This document shows, one piece after another, positions 20,943-31,874 of a stretch of 64,000 nucleotides of DNA. The stretch's first letter is position 1, and each line of letters opens with the position of its first letter. The position numbers and the translations under genes are program-made. This DNA comes from Bdellovibrionota bacterium (lineage in GTDB: Bacteria; Bdellovibrionota_C; UBA2361; CALJRW01), in contig JBGSMD010000016.1 of assembly GCA_041740355.1 (NCBI GenBank), positions 96,001-160,000 on the forward strand. Reading direction: 5' to 3'. The notes beneath the pieces are model-generated. The model was not told where the DNA came from, searched no databases, and saw only the letters and a list, made by a program, of their open reading frames with translations.

Positions 20943-22463
20943 ATGTCTCACACTTATTTCTTTGACAGACTTCGTCGTCTGGCCAATCAATCGCTATCTT
21001 CTGAAGTAGATTTGGATCGTCGAAAATTTATTAAGAATGCCAGTGTCGTTACTGCAGGACTACTAGCTACTCCAATTCTCGGTTGCTCTGCTAGTAAATT
21101 ATTTAATCAAGACTCCAATTATAAAATTGCAATTATTGGAGCAGGCCTTTCGGGAACATCCTGTGCTTATCAACTTAGCAAAATTGGTATTCCAGTAGAT
21201 TTATTTGAAGCATCTAATAGAATCGGCGGAAGAACTTATAGCCTTAGAAACCATTTTGCAGATGGACAAACTGCCGAGCTAGGTGGAGAATTAATTGATA
21301 GTAATCATCTTTCTGTTTTTAGAATTGCTAAAGAACTGGGATTAAAGATCGATGATTGTCGGCAAGGAGCAAAAGATAGCGATCATTTTATTATTAATGG
21401 AAAAATAATAAAGGATCAGTGGATCTTGGAAAAATTTAAGCCTTTAGCTAAAATCATCTTAGAAACCCGAATTAAAGCAGACTCTGACTCCGATTACTTT
21501 AATACTATTGATCAACAAAGCATTACTGACTGGCTAAACAAACAAAATGATATTGCCGCAGAATTAAAACAATTAATTAAAATCGCTTATACTGGCGAAT
21601 TTGGACTAGAGGCCGAGAAACAATCCGCTATTTCTCTCCTCTATTTTATAGATCCGGAATCAAGCGATGAATTTAAAATTTTTGGTGACAGTGATGAACG
21701 TTATCATATTAAAAATGGTAATGATCAAATGGCAATTGGCATGGCCTCACATTTAATCAGAAAGCCATTTCTGGAACATCGATTAAAAAAAATTCAGAAA
21801 TTAGATAATAAGTATCAACTAAGTTTTGTTAATCAATCAAACTTCGATCAAACCCGATATGATTTAGTTGTTATCGCCCTCCCTTTTACAACTCTACGAT
21901 TAATCGACATTACGGAAGCTGGATTTGCCGCTGACAAAGTTAAATTAATCAACGAACTCGGTTATGGCACTAATGCTAAAATTATGGCTGGCTTTAAATC
22001 TCGACCTTGGCAAAAGTATACTGACAACTTCGCCTTAATTGCCGATGAGCCAATTCAAACTGTTTGGGAAACTTCTCGCGCTCAAACGGGTAAATCAGGA
22101 ATACTAACAAATTTCTTGGGAGGAGAACGTGGGTTATCATCTAACGAAGGAACTGCTGATCAGCAGTTTAATAAGTCACTAAGTAAATTAGAAATAACTT
22201 ATCCTGGACTCGCGTCAGAATATCTTCCTGATAAAACTGTGCGCATGCACTGGCCAACTCATCCTCATACATTAGGAAGCTACGCTTGCTACCTTCCTGG
22301 ACAAGCTGCCACAGCTGGACTGGAAGGCCGGAGAGAGAATAATGTCTTTTTTTGCGGGGAACATTGTTCTGAGAATTTTCAAGGCTTTATGGAAGGGGCA
22401 ATAGAAACGGGAGAAAACGTAGCTATCCAAATCGGCAAAGAAATTCAGGCACTTCGTGTTTGA
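20943..22463 (+). CDS. Flavin monoamine/L-amino-acid oxidase family protein with Tat-like lipoprotein signal
   Basis: DRRKFIK...LGC, IIGAGLSG, EASNRIGGR, AELGGE and GEHCS..FQGFMEGA motifs. Confidence 0.88.
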   Translation: MSHTYFFDRLRRLANQSLSSEVDLDRRKFIKNASVVTAGLLATPILGCSASKLFNQDSNYKIAIIGAGLSGTSCAYQLSKIGIPVDLFEASNRIGGRTYSLRNHFADGQTAELGGELIDSNHLSVFRIAKELGLKIDDCRQGAKDSDHFIINGKIIKDQWILEKFKPLAKIILETRIKADSDSDYFNTIDQQSITDWLNKQNDIAAELKQLIKIAYTGEFGLEAEKQSAISLLYFIDPESSDEFKIFGDSDERYHIKNGNDQMAIGMASHLIRKPFLEHRLKKIQKLDNKYQLSFVNQSNFDQTRYDLVVIALPFTTLRLIDITEAGFAADKVKLINELGYGTNAKIMAGFKSRPWQKYTDNFALIADEPIQTVWETSRAQTGKSGILTNFLGGERGLSSNEGTADQQFNKSLSKLEITYPGLASEYLPDKTVRMHWPTHPHTLGSYACYLPGQAATAGLEGRRENNVFFCGEHCSENFQGFMEGAIETGENVAIQIGKEIQALRV

Positions 22464-22734
22464 TATAGTAAACCCAAAAATGTATTTCCGATAAATAGAT
22501 TAACTAATACTTTCGCTGACCCTTATATTTTTTTCCCTGAAGTAATTTAAGGACCTAAGTTTATAGATAAACCTATGGTTTAACTCTATTTTTTAAAGTT
22601 GGGTTTACTATTTGTCTTTTGGCTCCCGCTGGTCGCTTCTATAGTCATGATCTGTTTTATAATTTCCTAAAAGAAATTATTTATTGGGATGACTATATAA
22701 TTGTGGACTACGGATCTACATAAATACTAAATTA

Positions 22735-23715
22735 TTATTCACCGATTAATTCTAGTCTGGCAATTTTAGAACGTGCGGCAATGGTTCTTTGTTTTCGATC
22801 GAATGTGCAATGATCCATGCCTTTAGGGGAGAGATGCCGTTCGGGAAACAAGGCTTTATAAGAATATTGAGATTGTCGATAACCAGTTGGTGAATAACGC
22901 CAATCAGCTCTCCAATCAGCATTCCGATCGTGAATTAAAAGCTGACTTAATTTTTTTAAATTAGTGCTTCCGTCCTTTTTAGGAATTAAATATATCGGGC
23001 ACTTAGTAGCCGTAGTTACAAACTCAGCTAGTCGATTTTGAAAACTAGGTCTTAGATAACCACGGGAATTATTAAAATCTAAATATGCATGTTCAATTTG
23101 AAGATTCACAGCGGCAGCAAAGCCTTTGGGATCAATTCTCTCCCAAATTTGATCTAATTTAAATAAAATATCAGCACGCTCTTTCCATGTATTTCGATGG
23201 AGTTTAAAAAGCTTAACTGCAGATTTAGTATCTTCACGAATTACTGCTAGATCACCAGATTCAATCCTAGCAATTTGCTGATCAGTGATAATAAGCATCT
23301 CAAATAGACCTTCTAAGCTTTGACCCCTGAGATCTAAATTAGAAAATTTTGGCGTTCCCTCGATAATCTCTTTAATTTCTTGAAATTTTAGCTTTTTTTC
23401 AGCAGCATGAAGTTGATCTAAAAAGCTTGGTAACAAAAGATAAGGCGTTGTGTGAATTAAGTCTACTGGCAACTGAGTAGAATTTTGCCCTTTAAGTGCA
23501 ATTGCCGATCTGTAATTTGGTCGCACTGAAGCTAAATCTAAAAGTCCCCCAACTAGCTCGGCTCCAATTTTTCCAGTTAGTAGAAATTTTTCAATCTTAA
23601 TCCAGGACCGCTTAGAATGCAGCGGTTCACATTTCTCGTGCATTGCAAAATGTGCGACATCTACCAATAAACTTGGAAGTGACGCGCCTGCCTGCGACTC
23701 AGCAACTTTTACCAT
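22735..23715 (-). CDS. Hypothetical protein
   Basis: 326-aa ORF; no motif recognised. Confidence 0.6.
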   Translation of the reverse strand: MVKVAESQAGASLPSLLVDVAHFAMHEKCEPLHSKRSWIKIEKFLLTGKIGAELVGGLLDLASVRPNYRSAIALKGQNSTQLPVDLIHTTPYLLLPSFLDQLHAAEKKLKFQEIKEIIEGTPKFSNLDLRGQSLEGLFEMLIITDQQIARIESGDLAVIREDTKSAVKLFKLHRNTWKERADILFKLDQIWERIDPKGFAAAVNLQIEHAYLDFNNSRGYLRPSFQNRLAEFVTTATKCPIYLIPKKDGSTNLKKLSQLLIHDRNADWRADWRYSPTGYRQSQYSYKALFPERHLSPKGMDHCTFDRKQRTIAARSKIARLELIGE

Positions 23716-24297
23716 ATGTTTTCGTATGACTTAAATTTTTCTATAAATAAAGTTATTGCTGCTGACTTAAAACTGTCTCAAAACCTAGAACAACTATTAG
23801 ACAATTTTCTCTACTCTCTTACTTTTGAACAAAAGCACTTGTCTCACAAGATATAACCGTAAAAAAAGTCATTAAACATAAGAATCCTAGAACTTGTATT
23901 CTAGAATAAGTAGTTTTTGGAAACTAAAAATAACTTCCAAAAAATCACAGATTCGACATTTATTTCATAATGATTGAGTGTTTAGCTTAGCAAAGATGTT
24001 ATAAATTGAATTTAAAAATCATGCTTTTTAAGCAGCAAAGAGAATTAGTCGCTAAGCCTTTTGATTCAATTAACCAAACAGCCTCATCAAAAAGCACAAA
24101 GAGTTATTGAAAAAATACTTGTTTATGAGGATGTAAGTGAAATATCCCTAGATACGAAATTTATGAAAGCCAGTTAAGGACTTACGCTATGTAGAGTTCT
24201 CAGTTATTTTGAATTAAAACGAAAGATTTTAAATCCGTTCATAAGTCCATTAAAATTCCAATTTAAGATATTGTCACTAAATAAAAAAAACATATAA

Positions 24298-24446
24298 ATA
24301 TAGAAAGTCCAAAAAGCAATTTACGTAAGGAAACTACTTTTTGGGGCTTTCTATCCCCCGCAAGCGTAGTAAAGTCATATAGTTATTACAAAAAACAAGC
24401 TGCGCTATCTTCTTTATACGTAATTTATTTTTTGGAATAACTATAT
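24298..24446. repeat. Family-A composite palindromic repeat, inverted relative to 15118-15267
   Basis: tagaaagtccaaaaagcaatttacgtaaggaaactactttttggggctttctatcccccg...atatagttattacaaaaaacaa...ttttttggaataactatat. Confidence 0.85.
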
Positions 24447-24544
24447 TATTTCTCTACTGCACCTATAGTTTTCCGACCTTTGATAGTTTTCCTAGATTGT
24501 TGATATAATCTAACAATAATTTACTATTACTCATAAATAATAAA

Positions 24545-25531
24545 TTAATTAGCAAAGCGAATCTTAATTAAACTACTATCATCTGTTTTAAAATTTGGTC
24601 CCTGAGTAAGCCTACATTTATGGAGTGCTGAAGTCAGTATTTGGTCAGCGGTATTTCTCCAACTATCATAATTACAAAGTATCTCCCCTATTTCTGCGGC
24701 TAACTTTGGGATCCCATCGCTAAATAGGTAAATTAATCCTTTTTCTGTGATTTCCTGAACTTTAAAAAAATGTCGGGCATTTGGATCTCCATTTACAACT
24801 CCATAGGCAATAGAATCTGGTTTACCCCACTCATCCAATTTATTGGCCATTCTACGATGAAACTCAATTGGGTTAGGCATTTCATTTCTAATCTTTTCAC
24901 ACAAAGTGGTTTGCGGATCTGTCAGCTTAATTAACTTTAATTTATCCTTAGAATCGTCAATAACAGCAACTTGGCAATCACCAATTGTCCCAATAAATAG
25001 TCTTTGCTGAACTTCTAACAATACAGCGGCGGTGCAAGAACCTCTTGGTGAACTTATCAAATTTCCTCCCAATCCTAATTCTTGATTCAGACTATTAACT
25101 GAATGTGCTCCTAAATTTGCCTGCTGAAAAGCATGCTGAAGTATTTGAGTTGCTGGTAGATTCTCTGCCAAAGCTTCACAAATATGATAGTGCATTAAAC
25201 GTCCGAAAGCTTCTGCTGTCTGCCAGGCAGCATTTTGATTTTCACACTTTGTTCTAGTAACTCCATCGGCAACAATATAAATATTATTATGGCGATCAAC
25301 CACCAAAAAATCATCCATCGTATGACCTGAAAAATTATGGTCTTGAGCATAACTCACTTCAGGCAACTGATTTATCAAGGAATCTTTATTGAGGGAACAA
25401 TCGTGAGCAAGAAACAACCTACTTTCAGGGCTTTCTTTTGTTAAAACTTTCTGTACAATTAATTCAGGCGCAGTTTGATTACTAAGTGATTGATGTCGTT
25501 TAGCTTCTGATCTGTGTAAATCCTGAGTCAT
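24545..25531 (-). CDS. PP2C-family protein phosphatase
   Basis: MDDF, IVADGV, IGDC, LFSDGI and TDDSS motifs. Confidence 0.82.
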   Translation of the reverse strand: MTQDLHRSEAKRHQSLSNQTAPELIVQKVLTKESPESRLFLAHDCSLNKDSLINQLPEVSYAQDHNFSGHTMDDFLVVDRHNNIYIVADGVTRTKCENQNAAWQTAEAFGRLMHYHICEALAENLPATQILQHAFQQANLGAHSVNSLNQELGLGGNLISSPRGSCTAAVLLEVQQRLFIGTIGDCQVAVIDDSKDKLKLIKLTDPQTTLCEKIRNEMPNPIEFHRRMANKLDEWGKPDSIAYGVVNGDPNARHFFKVQEITEKGLIYLFSDGIPKLAAEIGEILCNYDSWRNTADQILTSALHKCRLTQGPNFKTDDSSLIKIRFAN

Positions 25532-25748
25532 CTTGATTTAATATAAGTCTTAGTAATTATAACTTTTATCTATTCTTAATCAATTAAACTATGATTAAAT
25601 TTACCTGTGAATGAACAATAAAATAACAATCAAACCCTCTTGGAAATTAACGACAGTCTTAATTAATGAAATTCAATCAGAAACGACTAATTAAGTTGAG
25701 GCACTATTTTTTCAACCTCCGGAAGATGTAAATCGAGCTAGTATAATC

Positions 25749-26018
25749 ATGATTATAATTGCAATTATTCTGATTCTTCCAGCCTTATTTTTTCCTCCTA
25801 TCTTACTTCTTAATCTTCCGTTACTCTATCTACGTCATGCCTATAGACATTATTTTTATAATAAAGCTTTTCGATTAAAGCTAAGCTTTGAATGTGCTGC
25901 ATGTCATAATTTAAATCCAGCGTCAGAAAAAACTGGAAAACTACCCATAAAGATTTCTTGTTGTATTTGCAATTGCAAATTACAGCTTAGATATTCCAAA
26001 GATGAAGGCCTATGTTAA
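25749..26018 (+). CDS. Small membrane protein with zinc-ribbon-like Cys pairs
   Basis: N-terminal TM segment; CAAC...CCICNC; overlaps the antiporter start. Confidence 0.55.
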   Translation: MIIIAIILILPALFFPPILLLNLPLLYLRHAYRHYFYNKAFRLKLSFECAACHNLNPASEKTGKLPIKISCCICNCKLQLRYSKDEGLC

Positions 26019-27238
26019 ATATTGATTATTTTTCTCCCCTCAGTAGATTTATTCTTCAGTTAATACTTATCATCATCGTCTCACAAATCTTGGGAAAGTT
26101 ATTACAATACCTGAAGCAACCCCAGGTCGTTGGCGAGGTTTTAGCAGGTATCCTTTTAGGGCCTTCGCTTTTTGGACTAATTTATCCAGATGCTTTTCAA
26201 TTTATCTTTGAAAAGAGCTCAATCTCAAATTTATCAATAGTTAGTCAGCTAGGACTAATCCTCTTTATGTTTACAGTTGGACTACACAGTAGTGCTTTAG
26301 AAGGAAATACTTCTGGTAAACATGCCGCTATCATTTCAGGAATTAGTATTATCTTTCCCTTTCTCTTGGGGGTTAGCGTTGCACCGCTACTCTACGTATC
26401 CTTTGCACATCATGGCGCGTCACTCGCTATCTTTTCATTGTTCCTGGGAATTGCCTGTAGTATTACGGCATTTCCTGTACTTGCTAGAATCATTACCGAC
26501 AAAGGCTTAAATCAAGAACCAACTTCTAAAATGGCACTCCATTGTGCAGCGATTGATGATGTTTCAGCTTGGATTATCCTAGCAACGATCATTGGACTAA
26601 CTAAAAGTTCTGCCCTAGCTTCGCTTATTATGACATTAGGGCTTAGCCTAGTAGGCATTCTTTTTCTGTTTAAAATCGTTTCTCCAATTCTTAGTAAAGT
26701 CATTAAAAATAAAATGCTTTCCGAACCGCATCAATTTACTTTAGCTTTACTTATTTTACTTTGCTCCTCACTGTACTTCGAGCTAATTGGTGTGCACGCT
26801 CTCTTTGGAGCCTTCATTGCGGGAACATTAATGCCTGCCATTAAACGTTATCGCGAAAGATTAAAGTTAAGAATCGAGTATATCGCTGGATTAATCCTAC
26901 TGCCTGTATTTTTCGCAATTACCGGACTGAAAACTCAAATCACACTAATCAACTCCTGGGAAATGATCTTAATCTGTTTTGGATTAATTATATTGTGTGT
27001 GGTTGGCAAACTGGCAGGTGCAACTTTGGCAGCTCGATTTTGTAAATTTTCATGGAAGGAATCACTGCTAATCGGAACATTAATGAATACTCGCGGTTTA
27101 ATGGAACTTGTGGTTTTAAATATTGGATTGGAATTACAGATCATCTCGCATTCTCTCTTTACGATGATGGTGATTATGGCACTTGTTACTACATTTATGA
27201 CTGGGCCTATAATTGATTTAATCAGAAAGAGGTATTAA
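26012..27238 (+). CDS. Cation:proton antiporter (CPA2)
   Basis: QPQVVGEVLAGILLGPS, SITAFPVLARI, AAIDD and MNTRGLMEL motifs. Confidence 0.92.
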   Translation: MLNIDYFSPLSRFILQLILIIIVSQILGKLLQYLKQPQVVGEVLAGILLGPSLFGLIYPDAFQFIFEKSSISNLSIVSQLGLILFMFTVGLHSSALEGNTSGKHAAIISGISIIFPFLLGVSVAPLLYVSFAHHGASLAIFSLFLGIACSITAFPVLARIITDKGLNQEPTSKMALHCAAIDDVSAWIILATIIGLTKSSALASLIMTLGLSLVGILFLFKIVSPILSKVIKNKMLSEPHQFTLALLILLCSSLYFELIGVHALFGAFIAGTLMPAIKRYRERLKLRIEYIAGLILLPVFFAITGLKTQITLINSWEMILICFGLIILCVVGKLAGATLAARFCKFSWKESLLIGTLMNTRGLMELVVLNIGLELQIISHSLFTMMVIMALVTTFMTGPIIDLIRKRY

Positions 27239-27289
27239 CTTGTAGGTGAGGAAGATCATTTCCAATTGTATGTTTTTATCTAGTTTGTT

Positions 27290-28771
27290 TTAGGCTGCTC
27301 TTAATTTTAAAATTAATTTTTTCATATATTCAGCATCAATACAAAGAAAACCAGGAATTTCACGAGGAGGATTTCCCATACCTAAAACTATTTCTTGCTC
27401 TGCTAATTTACTAAATACTTGATCCAGCATTTGCTTAACAGGCCTTCCTGATAAATCTTTAAGCGCAATAATTTTAGGATCTTCTAGCAATCTATTAAAA
27501 TCAATGGCGACGCTAGACTCAGAAAAAACCTGCCGATATCGATTAAATTCATTTTGAATTATCCGAACAACATCAGAACCATTCAAATAATTAAATTCTA
27601 ATTCACTCATTTGACCGACACGATTCCGAATGCTTCCGTCAATACGATCTGGGTTATTTGAATTTAAAATTACAATGATTCCTTTTTTTTGGTTTAGTTC
27701 AATCTTAAACTGGTTAGTAATTCCAGATTGATGTCCGGAAGTATTAGCATCCCCAAGAATCGTATCTGCTTCATCCACGAATAGTACGGCAACACCATTA
27801 ACTTCAACCGCCTTTCTTAATCTGACAAATAGTTCTTTAACATTTTTTTCATCTTCCCCCCACCACTTGGCACGAATTGAATTTGGTGAAATAGATTCTA
27901 CAAAGAGGGTTTCTTTTGGTCGATAAGACTTAAGCATATTCTGAAGTTCATTAACAAAACCCTCAACTGCAAAATTTTTCCCAACCCCACTTGGTCCTGT
28001 AAAAATATAACCTTCAGGTACAGTAAGTAGTGATTTAATGATTGGTAATTTGTAACGAAGACCTTCTGGCATTTCTTCAATTTCAAGGAGTGGTTTAAAT
28101 ATTCGTTCAACTCTTTTTAGGCCTGTTTTTAGTTTAGTGATAACGTGCTCTTGTCCTACAAGCTCGGAAAGCTTTGGTGCAGGTAATTCCAAAGTTAATT
28201 CGCTTTCTGGCAAAGTTGCTGCAGACAAATTCTGATTACATCGAAAGATCTCTGGTTTCAGAAACTCAGCCTCGGGATATAGTACCCTAGAAATTGCTGC
28301 AAATTCTTTAGAAAGTATTTGGAATAAATCTATTAAAACTTGCGGCTCAATAATTGCAGATTTCAAATCAGGAATAGGATATCGAATTGCTAAGCGCGCA
28401 TTAACTTTTCCAGCAAGATGATCAAGAGTAAATTCTCGTGGCTTTGATTCGTACAAATCTCGAGCAAAGCTGTATGAAGTTGATTTTTTCTTAGGATCTT
28501 CAGTTAACTGAAACGTTAATTTACAATCAAACTTTCTAAAAAGTTCTGTCAATTGTATTGAGATTTTTTCTAATCCTACTAAATCTTTCTTAAAAGAGTA
28601 TTGGAGGACCGCATTAATAGCATTTGAAGAAACTAGCGCCGCTACGTTAACTATGACACCATTAGTATTAACTAATGAAATTTTTTTCTTTGATGCTAGT
28701 ACAGCACTGATGGATCCTAATTCACTAGAATCAATCTGTAAAATCTGATGCTCTCTATCGGGAGTTAACAT
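27290..28771 (-). CDS. AAA+ ATPase (classical clade) with novel N-terminus
   Basis: Walker A GPSGVGKN, pore loop KWWGEDEKNVKELF, Walker B FVDEAD, SRH NSNNPDRIDGSIRNR. Confidence 0.82.
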   Translation of the reverse strand: MLTPDREHQILQIDSSELGSISAVLASKKKISLVNTNGVIVNVAALVSSNAINAVLQYSFKKDLVGLEKISIQLTELFRKFDCKLTFQLTEDPKKKSTSYSFARDLYESKPREFTLDHLAGKVNARLAIRYPIPDLKSAIIEPQVLIDLFQILSKEFAAISRVLYPEAEFLKPEIFRCNQNLSAATLPESELTLELPAPKLSELVGQEHVITKLKTGLKRVERIFKPLLEIEEMPEGLRYKLPIIKSLLTVPEGYIFTGPSGVGKNFAVEGFVNELQNMLKSYRPKETLFVESISPNSIRAKWWGEDEKNVKELFVRLRKAVEVNGVAVLFVDEADTILGDANTSGHQSGITNQFKIELNQKKGIIVILNSNNPDRIDGSIRNRVGQMSELEFNYLNGSDVVRIIQNEFNRYRQVFSESSVAIDFNRLLEDPKIIALKDLSGRPVKQMLDQVFSKLAEQEIVLGMGNPPREIPGFLCIDAEYMKKLILKLRAA

Positions 28772-29287
28772 TACCTAAAACATACATCTTAAAATCTTAT
28801 GAATAATACCAAAGCCTTGCTCCTTAAGGAAACTAATTTTATGTAGGGTTTCAAATAAAATTTTACTGATAGCACCAATCTAGATCTTCGATATTTTTCA
28901 GATTTTCAAAGCTAGCTAACAATCTGATAATATTAAATAATTTAATTATTAACCGTAGGAGATTTATTACCCCCGGACGGATTAAAACTTACAACTTGTA
29001 ATAAGTAATAAGATAAAAACTAATTAAAATTAATTTTTCTTTATTGATATTCAAATGCTAAGAGCCCAATCCCACAATCGTAAATCCTAATGAATAATTA
29101 GTTATATAACACTATATATCTCCAGATTATCAACTCATTTTCAAACATAACTCCTAATTCTTATTATAACTTAATTCACTTAGAGGAACCTCATGTCACT
29201 AAGTAGCTAGTTTAATAGCTCATTTAACAAATAAATTTATTTTTATAAAAATGCTTATATTTAAGACTAATAATGTAGTATGCATTT

Positions 29288-30094
29288 ATGAATGACATAT
29301 TAAAATCTTCGGATCAACACCTATTAAGTAAACCTCTCTACCTTCTTAAGAACAAACAAAAATATATACCAGCCTTAAATAAAAATGTAGAAAAACTAAC
29401 TGCTTATCAATTTTTGAGTTCTCTTCGAGAATTTTCGGCAATCCCCTCACAAGAACTCCAAACACTCGCTGACTCTTGTCGCTTTGCAACATATACAGCT
29501 AATCAATTTATAAGATCAGAATGTGACGAAGAAAGTCTTTATGGATTTATTGTTGTCTCTGGTCGATTAGCACTATTTAAAAATTCCAATAGTGGCAAGG
29601 AATTGATTGTTGATATTTTACAAGTAGGTGATATTTTTGGACTACTATTAATGCTTGCGGCTGAAAGATTGCCGGAACAACTTTCAGTGCGCTCATTTCA
29701 GAAAGCAAAGTTATTGTTAGTTCCGCTCAAATGCTTTACTCGTCTGATCGAAGCTCATCCAATCCTCTTTAAGGAGTTTGTTGCTCACCTTTTAATTTCT
29801 TTACAATCTTCTTACAATTTATCCAGGGGACTAGCTCATGACAAAGTTAATGTTAGAATTGCCACAGTATTATTTAGCATGTCACTGAAAATTGCCAATT
29901 TAGGAATACCTAATAATTTATTATCATTTAATTTGACCAGAAAACAACTTGCAAACTTAACTGGAGCTACAACTGAAACTGCGATTAGAGTTACAAGAAT
30001 GATGCAAAATGATGGGCTAATAGATATTAGTTGCCCAGGAGTAATTAAGGTTGTAAATCCTCAAGCACTTTTGAAAATTGTTGAAGATTTATAA
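29288..30094 (+). CDS. Crp/Fnr-family transcriptional regulator
   Basis: cNMP-binding barrel (SGKELIVDILQVGDIFG) and HTH LTRKQLANLTGATTETAIRV. Confidence 0.9.
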   Translation: MNDILKSSDQHLLSKPLYLLKNKQKYIPALNKNVEKLTAYQFLSSLREFSAIPSQELQTLADSCRFATYTANQFIRSECDEESLYGFIVVSGRLALFKNSNSGKELIVDILQVGDIFGLLLMLAAERLPEQLSVRSFQKAKLLLVPLKCFTRLIEAHPILFKEFVAHLLISLQSSYNLSRGLAHDKVNVRIATVLFSMSLKIANLGIPNNLLSFNLTRKQLANLTGATTETAIRVTRMMQNDGLIDISCPGVIKVVNPQALLKIVEDL

Positions 30095-30301
30095 TTCTTT
30101 TAACATTAAAAATTCTAACAGTATGTATTAAAAGTTCTATTGGAGTTAGCTTGTAGTTATTTTATCCCAGCAGAGTTTTAATAAAATCCTATTTATTAAA
30201 ATAAAACTGTTGAATTGTTTTATTAATACCTAATTAGTATTTTAGGGAAAATCCCTTCTAAACCTATTCCAGTTGGACCAGACGGCCTGGCAAATTGAAT
30301 C

Positions 30302-30331
30302 CTTGTCCGCCGTAGCTTCAGCGAAGGTGGA
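30302..30331. repeat. Family-B REP-like GC-rich palindrome
   Basis: cttgtccgccgtagcttcagcgaaggtgga; related copies at 54808 and 59641. Confidence 0.75.
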
Positions 30332-30409
30332 ATCTACAGCAAAAGAGTAAGCGCAGATAAATACGTTTTACAAGCCGTCTGTATTACTAAATAGGTAACT
30401 GTTCTGTGA

Positions 30410-30643
30410 CTATCTGCGACGGTCTTCTTCGCGACCAATTAGGCCTCCACCAACAGCGCCAGCAGCACCACCGATCACAGTTCCTCCAACCCCTGGGGAT
30501 ATTACATTACCAACCACAGCCCCAGTTCCACCACCAATTACGGCACCTTTTTCTTTGTTATTTAACTTTCTCCAAGTTGTACAGCCTGAGACCATTGCAA
30601 GAATTGTCAGACAGCATATAAATACAATAATTTTTCTTTTCAT
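30410..30643 (-). CDS. Glycine-zipper lipoprotein (OsmB/YMGG-like)
   Basis: Lipobox VSGC; GAVIGGGTGAVVG...GGAAGAVGGGLIG. Confidence 0.85.
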   Translation of the reverse strand: MKRKIIVFICCLTILAMVSGCTTWRKLNNKEKGAVIGGGTGAVVGNVISPGVGGTVIGGAAGAVGGGLIGREEDRRR

Positions 30644-30920
30644 AATAAATACCCTTAATATTAGATAAGTAAAAAATTCTACTTAATGCTAAGGTTTGAC
30701 AGTATGATCTGGATCAGGCAAATAATGTCAGCGCTAGAATGGATAACGATTCCCCTATGTTGCATCTTTCGTTAAAGTTATGTCGGGCAAGTCGTCGAGA
30801 TAAAAAACTTCATAATATCAGAATAAATTTTTTACAAATACCGTCTGGGCCACTTCTTGATCGGTTTTAAAATATAAAGATTCTGACTGGTATAAAATTT
30901 ATTATTTATAGTATTATAAA

Positions 30921-31008
30921 ACTATGACAAAAAGTAATTTCCGATATTAAAATGTTATTTTTGTTATAAAATATGATTATATTACCCTTCCATGGGGATA
31001 TTAGCCCC
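30921..31008. repeat. Degenerate family-A repeat
   Basis: actatgacaaaaagtaatttccgatattaaaa...tttttgttata...ggggata; resembles the reverse complement of 58324-58420. Confidence 0.5.
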
Positions 31009-31086
31009 CAACAATTAATTTCCTAAGAAAATTACTTGTTGAACTTACTATTAGTCAATTTTAACTCTAATAATAATAAAGTATTT

Positions 31087-31689
31087 ATGAATAAAGTACT
31101 CCTTGGATTAATAATCCTTATATTAACTTCTTGTTCTTCCAAAGACGCAAATCTTCTAACCGATCACAATCCCCCAAAAGGCTTTAAAAAAATTGCCGGT
31201 GATGTTTACTTACAATCAGAGACTCCAGAGGTCTTAAAAAACTATACAGCATTCCATATCAATCCCATTATAATTTATAGTAACGATAAGGGCAGACTTG
31301 TTGTTCCGACTCAAATTGAAGTCGATCGTTTAGCTAAATTGTTTCGTGACAAATTAATTCGAGAGTTGGGTTCTAGCTATACTGGATTTGACCACCCGGC
31401 ACCTCATGTCGCAATTATTGATATTAAGATAGTTGACCTTTGGACCTCACGCGCAATTGAAGCACTGCGGCCCGGATTAATTTTCCCGAATAATCTAAGT
31501 GGTGGTGCCACTATTGAAGCAACTTTTTTTGATTCTAAAAGTCGTGAAATAATTGCGACAGTCTGGGATTCTCGTCCCGGCGATAGGACTGGATTCTTTA
31601 GTGGTCTTACTAAATGGAAATCAACAGAAGCCGCCTTTGATGAATGGACCCAGCTATTAAAAAAGAGCATTAAGCCAAGCCATTACTAA
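31087..31689 (+). CDS. DUF3313-like lipoprotein
   Basis: Lipobox LTSC; GGATIEATFFDSKS...W...AFDEW. ATG 31087 preferred. Confidence 0.7.
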   Translation: MNKVLLGLIILILTSCSSKDANLLTDHNPPKGFKKIAGDVYLQSETPEVLKNYTAFHINPIIIYSNDKGRLVVPTQIEVDRLAKLFRDKLIRELGSSYTGFDHPAPHVAIIDIKIVDLWTSRAIEALRPGLIFPNNLSGGATIEATFFDSKSREIIATVWDSRPGDRTGFFSGLTKWKSTEAAFDEWTQLLKKSIKPSHY

Positions 31690-31874
31690 TAAAATCATAT
31701 TTCAAATAGGTCTTGCTATCAGTGAATGATTCAATCATCGTAAATATGAAAGCGAGACTAAAAAATATCTATGACATTATTTACTGCCTGCTTCGCTAAG
31801 AATAAATTTGAATTATATAAAAATACATTTCCAGTTAATGTTTTGCCATCCGAAGAAGCTTCAAAAACTAAGTG

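Noticed and set aside
24030-24220. Possible ECF sigma factor region-4 relic
   Set aside because: Only a vague resemblance across several frames; not supportable without BLASTX.
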